A stretch of 64,000 bases of DNA from Epithemia pelagica. Its lineage: Eukaryota; Protista; Bacillariophyta. Positions 1 through 9,576 of this stretch are shown here, in pieces. The stretch spans positions 1,798,001-1,862,000 of the forward strand of contig OX337241.1 in NCBI GenBank assembly GCA_946965045.2, given 5' to 3'. The notes under the pieces are model-generated. The model did not search any database. It saw nothing but the letters and a program-made list of their open reading frames with translations, and was not told the origin of the DNA. Every line of letters begins with the position of its first letter. Position 1 is the stretch's first letter. A program made the position numbers and the translations under genes.

Positions 1-37
1 CGCAACGCTCATCAATGTCAATGAATTCGAATCTTAC

Positions 38-474
38 ATGTCAAAAAAGTGTTCTTCAAAGTGCGACGATCGGACCAACAAAGGGTGCTTTTCCAGCAAG
101 GCTGCCAATGCCGTTGTTCCACATTTTTGTGCACCAATTAAAACAAAGTCAGGGACTTGGAATGGCTGAGCACCATTACGATCAGAAGGGCAAACCAACT
201 TCGAGGCCATTCCTGATTTTAGTCTTTCTCTTGATTCTTTGGAGGATGAGATTGGAGGAGCGATGCTGGGGGGCGTGGCCAGTTGCCACCATACGATACT
301 GGACCACTGTAAAACCAACCAGAAGAAGGATATCAAACCCAAGAGTCGACTCGGAAATCTATGTATCCATTGCGTTAGACGTTGCCTGTTTGAAGCAGAT
401 TGGATGCATTTCTCAATGTTTCCAACCGCTGCTTCTAGAGTAAGTATAGCATTTCGTTTGGGTCTTACGATCAT
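38..474 (-). CDS. Sulfotransferase-family type II membrane protein, first exon (gene continues beyond window start)
   Basis: ATG at 474. Hydrophobic anchor LLGLISFFWLVLQWSSIVWW, then PDFVLIGAQKCGTTALAALLEKHP (PAPS-binding 5'-PSB loop KxGTT) and EEHFFD. The apparent ORF stop (TAA 34-36) lies inside a GTAAG splice donor starting at 37. Confidence 0.8.
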
Positions 475-1194
475 TGTGAGTTGTGAGCGCGCAAGAACGA
501 AAACGCCTGGCACACAACTTGGATCCGAACTCGGAACCGACAAGTAGTCAGTGGCAGTCTATATGAGAGTGAATGGAGGCATAAACTTTATAAAATAAGT
601 ATGGACTATACCAGGGAGTGATCCACAGATCCACAGCTTTGGACTAAAGGGCACAAACGAAGAAATACTATTCACCAAGAAAAAGCGTAAGGTAACGACT
701 GGTTTCCTCCTAGAGTTCTAAGCGTAGCTTATATACTGACTCCTTCTACACCAGGAAGGGCCCGTTTAACGCAACAAGCAAGTGCCAAGAATTACCTATA
801 TTTAAGTAGTTTTCTGCGTCTTGATACATACATAGCCAAAGAGTTGTCTTTGCTTGTTGTGTCCGAACAAAACTCTCAATCGTAAAATGGTCTCGGTATT
901 GGAGGGTTCTTTCATCATGCGATCAAGGTTTGGTAATGCGATCCATCTCCATCAATCCAATAAGATCCAGAACCTGTTTCTAGGTAGATATGTCGAAACA
1001 CTCTGCGTTCCGCAGGTCGTGAATGCACCAAAAGATACCGCTGATATTTTCCAGTCCATTCAAAAATAATCATGTTCGTTTCCGCCAAACTGGTGGTTTT
1101 TTATAGACTTTCCAAGGCATACTTGAAGATGGACCGTACAAAGTGGAGTCTGTCCGCAACAATGGGTTCCGGGGCGAGACAACCTGAACGGTAA

Positions 1195-1641
1195 CTAAGG
1201 AATCGCCCAGGACGGTAGATCCAGAGAGGCTGGATTCCAATCTTTCAAGGAATTCTTATCATCTTCCATTTCTCCCTGTTTTGCATTGTCCATATCATCA
1301 TCTTCTTCGGCATCTTCTTCATTGGGTGCAATCCAAAACCCCACTGAGGCAAGATTGTGTTGTTGGACCGACCACTCCCAGCAATTTTGAATCACATTTT
1401 CGTCAATTACAAATTGTCCACCTGGATCGGCAAAGGAAGATGGTTGTCGCGGGTACGGTTCCTGGGCAAACAACTCTTGCAAACGAGGATCGTCGTCATC
1501 AAACCCAGAGGACGACTCGTCGTCTGGATCTTCATCTCCCGCTATGGATGTCCTTTCTTGAGATTCTTCTTGTACGACGCCGCCCATTTTCTCAGCACAG
1601 TAACTGGGGTCCTCCTCATCGTCGCTCATGCATGCATTCAT
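1195..1641 (-). CDS. Hypothetical acidic protein (148 aa)
   Basis: ATG-initiated ORF with D/E-rich blocks flanking a Trp-rich core (CWEWSVQQHNLASVGFWIAP). No family recognised. Confidence 0.5.
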   Translation of the reverse strand: MNACMSDDEEDPSYCAEKMGGVVQEESQERTSIAGDEDPDDESSSGFDDDDPRLQELFAQEPYPRQPSSFADPGGQFVIDENVIQNCWEWSVQQHNLASVGFWIAPNEEDAEEDDDMDNAKQGEMEDDKNSLKDWNPASLDLPSWAIP

Positions 1642-2208
1642 GGTTCATGGGTCCCGATGATCTATGGCAAATGAGTAGGGGTCGGTGTCGGTCAGTAACC
1701 GTTGGAGTAGAAGTCAGTAAACGTTGTCAGTCTGAATGTCTGTAGTGTCTGTCTATAGGCCTTTGGATCTTGCAGCCATCTTATTGGGAGCCATTGGGGG
1801 AGCAGAATGCAACTCTGCTTATCTGCCGAGGAGTATTGCCATGGGTGTGTTCAAGAAGAGGCTTAATAAATTGTTTGCTGTGGAGAGTCATTCTATTGCT
1901 CCAATTTTAAATGCTTTCGGTAGGGAGAAACCCACACATACGGCGTCTTGTCTCTCGTTTTCGGTTGATCGTACAAGGTCACCAACTCTATCAGGAAACG
2001 AACGACAACACAAGGCAAGTCCTCTCCAATCTACAAATCTGTGCTTTGGCAGACGTCCTGCGGGCAATAGAGATACGAAGCAGGTACCTGGGGACTGTGG
2101 AAGATCTTTGAAAAAAGAAAAGAAGAAACGTAGGGAAAATCACTGCTTGTGTGTTTGTTGTTGGTGTTTGTGCTAGTGGTGTCCTTTAGAGGAATAGAAA
2201 TTGTCAGG

Positions 2209-5200
2209 ATGAATCATCCGTCCGTATTGGCGGCGTCTAGCACGCCTCATCAGCAACCGCCCCAACCGGGTCAGTCCTCGGGAGGAGTGTTTCTCGACAT
2301 GGAGGAGGCCACCAAATTACAATTGGCGGAGGAAATCACACGGATTGAAGAAGAAATTGAACGTCAGCGTTTTGAAGAAGAAATTAAGCGCATGGAAGAT
2401 CAAATCCATGTCAATCACAAGTCACCAACCACCGCAACCACCAGTCCAGAGGCGACGGACGAGAGTGGAGCCGAAGAGGAAGATGTCACTGCAAGTTACG
2501 ATGCCTCCGAATCGCACTATGATTATGGCTACGAGGCAGGAGATTATTACGAAGAAGAAGAAGTCGTCATTGAGGATGACGATTACGACGAGGACGACAT
2601 GAGTTACGAAGAGGAAATTGTGGAAGAAATCGTTGAGGACGACCCGTACGGTGATGAGTATGAGGAATACTACGAAGAAGAAGAAATTATTGAAGAGTAC
2701 GATGATGAAGAGATTGTAGAATACGCCGTAGAAGAGGACGATTACGATGAGGGATACGAGGATTTTGGCGGTCATGAATCATACATGATGCAAGATGGCC
2801 AAGATTTCAATGCTTCTGCAGTTTGGAATACCGGGAATGAGGCCGATTTTCGTGGCAATGCCTTGCCGAGCCTCTTAGCACCAACCATGAGTACAGACGA
2901 ACCCGAACTGACAACACCTCCTCCCCGAAAAGGGCCTAGTTTTTTGGGCGACATTGCCTCCGCCGCATCCAAGCATAGTAGCAAGGCTACGGTCGTGGTG
3001 GCAAGTGGTCAGCAAGCACCGGCTCCACCTAAACCACAACCGGCCCGGGTGACACCACCCTCCTCCCCAGAAGACAATGCCCCTCGACCCATGCCCATGA
3101 AAGGAGGAAGTTTATTGGGTGACATTGCCTCGGCGGCCAATGCTCGTGCGGAACGACTGGGTGATGACAATGCCGAGTTGCGAATGAAAGAGGTGGTACC
3201 AGAAATTGAAGCTCCTGTACGACCCATGGATGCCTTTGATTTGACGGCAATGGTATCCAAAAAGGCACGGGAACGTGAGACACGGTTACAGGCTGGTGGA
3301 GAAAAGAAAATGACACCCATCAAGTCCAAAACGGAATATAAACAAGATTTCAAATCGATTGTGTTGGAGGCAGCACAATTGGGACGGCTAACACGTTTGA
3401 ACGAGCATGTCGTGGAAGCGGTGGCTCTGGAAAAGACGCAACAAGAAGAATGGCGATCCAAAGGTTTGCTCGCCATTCAGTGGAGAAATCAAGCCATGGC
3501 TGTCATTCATGAGGCAGCTCGAGCTGGACAGGCTTCCAAACTACCAGAAAAGATTGTTTCCAACTGTGCCGAAGAAGAGCAAGATCCTGAATACGACGAG
3601 CACAATGCCACGCAAAAGCGGATATCGGATCGAATGAAACAGTTATTGGAATTGTCGACAGAAGTAGGTACAGGCCAACACAAGGTTGATAGTCTCATCA
3701 TGGGACGAAAGGAAGAAAAGGCATTGGACGGTCGTGACAAGGTTGTACGGTCCATGGACTACTATGCGGATGCTCACGATGTCAAATTACCGCGCCGAAA
3801 GGCGCCAAAGATTGATCCGGCCAAGGAATATGAAAAAATCACGGCCAAGTTCAAAGGAACCTACCGTCAAGACAAACCTCTCAGCAATATCTCGAATGAA
3901 GTTGCAGAACGCGCGTGGTCTCGTCGAACACGTTTGGATCGACCGGGTTCCATGCCTCGCGTGACAGAGATTTGCAACTGTCCCTACTGTTTGGACCCAT
4001 CGCCCTATCAAACTCATGCCTATAAACAAAAGGATTTGGAACGGAAAGTGGAAGGATACGAAAGTCCTGATTCAGAGGAAGAACGTCAAAAAGCTCGACA
4101 GTTACGGCGCTTGGAACGACGCAAGAATCGTCCACAACGGGGAGCTCCCCGACCACCACCAGGTTCGGACACTATGGTATGCACCCTTGCATCGAGCACT
4201 CCTGTGCAGCACAACATTTCGGATGGTGGAGGACCTGTCTCGGTAGGAAACAGAGCTCGTTCGTACAATGGAACCGGAACTCCCTCTTTGCCACCCAACG
4301 CGATCGCACATTCGCGGGGCCCTCCGCGCCCCCGACCTGCTGGTGGAGATGAAACGAATCCCCGGACTCGCGCTCCAGGAGCCTCTCCAACTGGATCAGG
4401 AACAACAGTAGTCAAGCGACGAGTTCGCCCCCGCGGAGCTGCCCCCACGTCAGGAGGAGCTCCAGGAGGAGCACCTGGATCTCCTACAAATGGCAATGGA
4501 GTTGTACGCAGAAAGAGGGCCCCTGGTGCACCCGGGACCGCTCCTCGTCCTACGAGAGCCACAGGAACAGGAGGACCACCGTCACCGCGTCAAGGGACTG
4601 GCAAGATTGGCGTGGCGGCCCGTAGGCTTTCCACTGGAGCAGGTCCACAAAACAGCGCTGGTCCTCGTGTTGCGGGTCCTGGTGGTGAACCAGGTACCGC
4701 CGTTCCTGCTCCAGGAACGCGAAAGGTGGTTCGTCGTCGACGTAAAGTTGGAGTGGATCAAAATGGAAAAGGTCCGACGGAAGGTACAGCTTCACCGACG
4801 GCCGGCAAACCAGCGACCGGGGCGCCTGGAACCACCAAAGTCGTCACTCGCCGTCCGGCACGTGGTGCTCGTCCCGGTGCTCTGGGCAACGCCCAACGTG
4901 CCCCTGCCGCTCGACCGGTACAATCCTCTGCAAGTGGTGCCGCCCCGGCTCCCAACAAAGGAGGAACAGCACCACCTCCTCCCCCGCCGCCACCCCCGCC
5001 CGGTGCATCACCAGGAAAGGTTGTATCGACTCCCAATGGTGGACAAGTTTCCGAACAGGTGATCATACGACCCGACGGAACACGTGTGGTCCGTAAACTT
5101 GTGACCCCCACCATGACAACCAAAAAGTCAATAACGAAAAAAGTTGTGGTGCGATCTGGCAATGGCCGTAACAGAGTTGTTTCCAGTACAATTGTCAGCG

Positions 5201-5643
5201 ACGGGCCACAGTCTCTCTCGTCTCCGGCTCCTCCGACAAACAAAACTGCCGCAACCACCACGACCACCACGAGACCCATTGCTCGGAGACAACAAGCGCC
5301 TCGAGCTTCTGCTGGTCGCACTGAAACTGCTTCGTTGGTATCCCAAAATACACCCCAAACGTCTGCGCCGGCGCCACCTCCACCTACCGCTGGTGGTACC
5401 CCACGACCTCCTCCTCCACCACCTCCTTCGGCGGCCCCTTCGCCCATGATTGGGACTCCAACGGTCACAGTCACAAGGGAAGGAACAGGTAGGGTCGTGA
5501 CTACCACTACAACCACCACTACACGAAAGACCGCATCCTCGACTCCAACTACGACAACGGTAAAACGAGGACTCTTTGGCCGGAAAAAGCAAGTGACCAA
5601 ACCAGCTGCTGCTGTTTCCGCACCGGAATTGGCCGAAGTATAA
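2209..5643 (+). CDS. Large low-complexity protein: acidic E/D/Y block, repeated WH2-like helices, Pro/Gly/Arg-rich tail with polyproline runs (possible actin regulator)
   Basis: Uninterrupted 3.4-kb ORF, first ATG at 2209. Repeats SFLGDIASAAS / SLLGDIASAANARAERL; polyproline PPPPPPPPP near 4972-5000 and 5400-5430. Confidence 0.8.
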   Translation: MNHPSVLAASSTPHQQPPQPGQSSGGVFLDMEEATKLQLAEEITRIEEEIERQRFEEEIKRMEDQIHVNHKSPTTATTSPEATDESGAEEEDVTASYDASESHYDYGYEAGDYYEEEEVVIEDDDYDEDDMSYEEEIVEEIVEDDPYGDEYEEYYEEEEIIEEYDDEEIVEYAVEEDDYDEGYEDFGGHESYMMQDGQDFNASAVWNTGNEADFRGNALPSLLAPTMSTDEPELTTPPPRKGPSFLGDIASAASKHSSKATVVVASGQQAPAPPKPQPARVTPPSSPEDNAPRPMPMKGGSLLGDIASAANARAERLGDDNAELRMKEVVPEIEAPVRPMDAFDLTAMVSKKARERETRLQAGGEKKMTPIKSKTEYKQDFKSIVLEAAQLGRLTRLNEHVVEAVALEKTQQEEWRSKGLLAIQWRNQAMAVIHEAARAGQASKLPEKIVSNCAEEEQDPEYDEHNATQKRISDRMKQLLELSTEVGTGQHKVDSLIMGRKEEKALDGRDKVVRSMDYYADAHDVKLPRRKAPKIDPAKEYEKITAKFKGTYRQDKPLSNISNEVAERAWSRRTRLDRPGSMPRVTEICNCPYCLDPSPYQTHAYKQKDLERKVEGYESPDSEEERQKARQLRRLERRKNRPQRGAPRPPPGSDTMVCTLASSTPVQHNISDGGGPVSVGNRARSYNGTGTPSLPPNAIAHSRGPPRPRPAGGDETNPRTRAPGASPTGSGTTVVKRRVRPRGAAPTSGGAPGGAPGSPTNGNGVVRRKRAPGAPGTAPRPTRATGTGGPPSPRQGTGKIGVAARRLSTGAGPQNSAGPRVAGPGGEPGTAVPAPGTRKVVRRRRKVGVDQNGKGPTEGTASPTAGKPATGAPGTTKVVTRRPARGARPGALGNAQRAPAARPVQSSASGAAPAPNKGGTAPPPPPPPPPPGASPGKVVSTPNGGQVSEQVIIRPDGTRVVRKLVTPTMTTKKSITKKVVVRSGNGRNRVVSSTIVSDGPQSLSSPAPPTNKTAATTTTTTRPIARRQQAPRASAGRTETASLVSQNTPQTSAPAPPPPTAGGTPRPPPPPPPSAAPSPMIGTPTVTVTREGTGRVVTTTTTTTTRKTASSTPTTTTVKRGLFGRKKQVTKPAAAVSAPELAEV

Positions 5644-6379
5644 AAGAACCATGGGAAACACAATCGTTTTTCAAAAATCTTGTCATGTTGTTGTGCATTA
5701 CAACATGGCAGAACACAACATTTGGTGGTAGAACTATATTCTCCTCCTATTTTTCTCGATAGAGTACTTGCCTGCTTCGTCAAAGTATTATAAGAGAGCT
5801 AGAACGTTTGAGAAATACCAGAAACTAGGGACTCTGATAGCATTTGGAAAAACAAGTTGGAGAAGAAATTGTAAGCACCTCTCGCAAGTCGTTTGTTTTA
5901 TAACTAAATTGGGAAGGAAGACACAAAGATGCGCTGATAACGTCCCGTTCGTGGTTCCCTCAACTTTGACTGAAAGTGCACATTTTTCTCTTATGGTCAT
6001 TTCCACATTTGGTCCTTTTTTTTACTTCGGGAACCGCCTGGATCGCCAATTCACCACTAGCATGGTCGTCAAAATACCGTGGACTTATATTTTCCAACAA
6101 TGTTAGATTGTTTCTGACCTCCAGGTATGATCTTCGAGGCAACATTTGCAGACAATCAACCTCATGGAGTAGTTTATCCTTTGAGATTCTCCGCACCCTC
6201 TTTTCGAGACAGCGAAACAAAAAGTCCTGTTGCATCATTTCTCAGCAGAAATACGAATAGGCGAGGAGAGGAAAGAATGCAACCGAGTGGACCTCTGGAG
6301 TAAACATGATTTCATACCTTGGAGGAGCGACTGATCCACAGGTTCAGACCAGTGTCTTTTGGTTCTTTCGTGGCTGTTG

Positions 6380-7525
6380 TCATGTACGAATATAGTCTTG
6401 CAAAGATGCATAAACCATCATGGAGGCTCCATTGGCCACAAAGGATCGAGAGGCTCCCGGAGCAAACCCTCGATACCAACCCTTGATGCCAAACTCTTGA
6501 TACAAGAGGTACAAGACTCGAAAGGTATGACTTCCGGGGAACAGTGCCGACGAGTTGGACGTCATTTTGTTATATCGTCCCGTCGTGTCGGTTTGAATGA
6601 CAGATTTGGCAGTTTCCAAGGGGAAGGCAATGACCCAGGCGGCAGTGGCACAAATGCCACCCTTGAAAAAGGGTCCCCACACGGGTGCCGTGACAACCTG
6701 TGGCATGTACCGGACCGAATAATCACACAAGACAAAAAAAGATCCCAACAAGCCCATCGTCCGCCATAAGGTGGCACCAAAGCCATGATACAATTGTCCG
6801 ACCGAACGCAGTGCCGTCATGGACGATGCGGTTGCCGCCGAAACGGATGGGACCGGTTTCGTGGCGGACAATACTGTCGTAGTGGTCTTGGCACTGCGTC
6901 CTGCTGGCTGGTTGCTGTTCTGATTGTGAGACGCAACTTTTTGTGACAAGGATGATTCTGGTGATGTTGTCGATACAGTCGTTGTATTGGAAAATGCATC
7001 TTGTCCGACCATATATCGCACCTTGAGGTAATCAAAAGGACTTTCAATGCAGGCCCGAGCTACCGATGCCGCCATGGCCCCCAACAGGACACTGGGTCGC
7101 AATCCACCCGTATAGGGAATAGGTTCCGATAAGGTAGGAACCTCTTGACAGGCTGCAAAAGTTCCGGAATAGGCACTAAATAACACACTTCGAAAGGCCA
7201 TGGATCCAATCAGGGGTGGAAGAAAGCCACGATAAAACCCGCGCCATCCTTCTTGCCGATAAATGAGTTGCACTGTATCGGACACTGTGCTGTTGGTGGT
7301 CATTTTGCCGGCTGTAGCGTTCACGGCTTGCATCCGCGTCTTGACGGTATCAAAGGGATGACCCACAATGGGAGATACGGCTCCAAACACACCGCCGCAC
7401 ACCAAACCCAACAAGGCTTCGTATTGCGACGAGCCGCTGCCAGCCATGGCACCGCCGCTCGGAGGACTGGTTGCTAACAACATTTTGCAAGACAGTTCCG
7501 AACAAGACGAGGCAGGCACCATCAT
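6380..7525 (-). CDS. Mitochondrial carrier family (SLC25) protein
   Basis: Three Px[DE]xx[KR] signatures (PFDTVKTRMQ, PFDYLKVR, PLETAKSVIQ) plus GWRGFYRGF and GIKGWYRGF. An S/T-rich insert lies in repeat 2. Substrate not assignable by eye. Confidence 0.93.
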   Translation of the reverse strand: MMVPASSCSELSCKMLLATSPPSGGAMAGSGSSQYEALLGLVCGGVFGAVSPIVGHPFDTVKTRMQAVNATAGKMTTNSTVSDTVQLIYRQEGWRGFYRGFLPPLIGSMAFRSVLFSAYSGTFAACQEVPTLSEPIPYTGGLRPSVLLGAMAASVARACIESPFDYLKVRYMVGQDAFSNTTTVSTTSPESSLSQKVASHNQNSNQPAGRSAKTTTTVLSATKPVPSVSAATASSMTALRSVGQLYHGFGATLWRTMGLLGSFFVLCDYSVRYMPQVVTAPVWGPFFKGGICATAAWVIAFPLETAKSVIQTDTTGRYNKMTSNSSALFPGSHTFRVLYLLYQEFGIKGWYRGFAPGASRSFVANGASMMVYASLQDYIRT

Positions 7526-7943
7526 GGTTGCTTTTATGGTTTATGGTGTTGTTGGAGAAGATAATTGTGTGGTTGGTAGTATTCATCGGCACACCCGGGC
7601 GGTTCCAAACCCTACATAGAACAGTACTCTACGCTGTACACTGACTGAGGACTTTGGGCCCATTTTTGACCTGGTGGGGAGTGGGGGCCCTTTTTCGACA
7701 CGTCATTGGCGGATGACAGAGATGAAGATACTAGTCCCCAGCGAGTTTGAGTCATGACAATTAGTGATTCGATGGTGTGCAACGAACGTAAACCTTACCT
7801 AAGATTTTGTACACCAAAAACACGACACACACGCGACCCAACTTCTCGCCCATGCTGGGGAGTACAGAAGAGACCAAAAGCAGAAAACATTGGCCCCGGT
7901 ATTCTTGCGGAGTCGTAACCAATCTATTCTCTTAAAACTTGCA

Positions 7944-8384
7944 ATGCTGACTGAAACGCTCTCGGCCACGAAGCAACCGCCTACTAGCCCTGCTCAGGCG
8001 AAGGCTGAGAGTAAGCTTCGTGAAGTGATCCAGGAATACGAGGGTTTCGAGGATCCGCTGGTGCGTGTCCGATTCAGCGGGGCCACCACTACAGCAGCGG
8101 AACGTACGGACATGTACCGCTCCGCTCTTGTCTTTCAGAGCAAGGGACCCAACACGCTACCACCTCCCTGTCCCGTCGGTCTTTCCGTGCAGACGGCTGG
8201 ATTTGTCGTCCCTCCCGATGCGGAGTTTGAACCTCGCTTCAGTGGGGCACAACAGGTCGCACATTGGGTTGCCGATGTCCAGTCACGTCCATTTACGACA
8301 GCCGGCCCGCAAGTTCGGATGACGATCCAGCTGACATTGGACAATGATCGAAATTGGTCCGCCACTGTCGATATTTATGCTTAG
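7944..8384 (+). CDS. Hypothetical protein (146 aa)
   Basis: ATG at 7944, divergent from the SLC25 gene, globular-looking composition. No motif recognised. Confidence 0.55.
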   Translation: MLTETLSATKQPPTSPAQAKAESKLREVIQEYEGFEDPLVRVRFSGATTTAAERTDMYRSALVFQSKGPNTLPPPCPVGLSVQTAGFVVPPDAEFEPRFSGAQQVAHWVADVQSRPFTTAGPQVRMTIQLTLDNDRNWSATVDIYA

Positions 8385-8844
8385 CTGCACAAAAGCTGGA
8401 ACTTGCAGGAGATACTATTAGCCTTTGCCATCATGCAAGAGATTGACACCTGCTCGCATGGATTGTAGAATAACGGCATTGCAGTCTTGATTTGACCTGT
8501 CGTGCAATGGACGGACTGTATTTACTGCAACAGATGCGAATGTTGCTATTAATATTGTTGTTGCCATTGTTGTTCAACGTGGCAATGGAAAGTCACACAC
8601 CTTGTGACAAAGTTCCAAGGGCAAGCTACAAGTCCATAGTCAGTTACAAGAGAAGGGTATCTCACATTGAGATGGGAAATGGTGAAGATGAAGATTTAAC
8701 TTGCACAAAAGTTGACATTATGAAGGAAATGGTTACCACTCCCCCTTGGCTGTACAGTATCTGTCCAAATCCGCTAAATCCTAGCTACCTAATCGGTCAC
8801 GATACGATGTGGATCTGGTGTTTGAATGAAGCGGAAGCCGTATC

Positions 8845-9229
8845 GACCGATCTCGTCAATACGACACCAACTTGGTTGGTCTATAGCTAGCCGAATCGGC
8901 GATGGTTTACCTCGCTGACCGATTCGGTTGATAGATAGACAAGCAAACAGACTTTACAAAGATTACCAAAAAAACAATGAAGGTGTAGTATGGACCGATT
9001 CGGTCGAGTTTCCGGACCAAATCGGTCGGGTTTCCAACTCGGAGGATTTCACTGGTCTCCTCCATTCACCGGGAGGCTCTAGTCCACTCACGGGTCGACC
9101 GATTCGGTCACCTTTGGCACTACGACTGCTTCTAGAAGTTCCACATGGCTATCGACTTGAGTCTCGAACGGATTCGGTTACCTTGTGATGGGCATACCGA
9201 TTCATTCTGAAGCACCTCACCGAATTGGT
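8845..9229. repeat. Cluster of about 8 copies of an interrupted palindrome (core CCGA-N-TCGG)
   Basis: GACCGATTCGGTC at 8993 and 9097, ACCGATTCGGT 8918, GCCGAATCGGC 8890, ACCAACTTGGT 8866; degenerate copies at 8845, 9015, 9167, 9219. Confidence 0.75.
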
Positions 9230-9576
9230 TGGATTACTCATAGGTGTCCTTCCCTTGGTGCCATACTGAATCGTGCCATAGTGTTTGTCATCGAACTGGT
9301 ACAAGAGAAACGGAGCACTGAGGCTCATCACCCGACTTTGCACTATTCTCTATCCGGAAGTTATTCTGGAGATCTGGTAACATTTTTTCATAGTTGCCGT
9401 TTTCAACTTGATTTACCCCTCGATGATGCGTTTTCTGCATAGAAAGGATCAAATCGATGCAGTGAGAGCCGAGGGCCGTGATGACTGCGTGGCCGAAGGC
9501 GAAGAGAAGCGAATTTTGGGAGCGACAGCTGGGTGGAGTCGTCAGTGGCGGGGGAATGTTGATCCTCTCCAAGCAA

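Noticed and set aside
4758-5783. 341-aa minus-strand ORF (and similar shadows such as 9408..10316 +)
   Set aside because: Antisense shadows of longer low-complexity genes, with no independent motifs.
8845-9229. CRISPR array
   Set aside because: Repeats are only 11-13 bp, spacing is irregular (about 10-100 bp), there are no cas genes and the context is eukaryotic.
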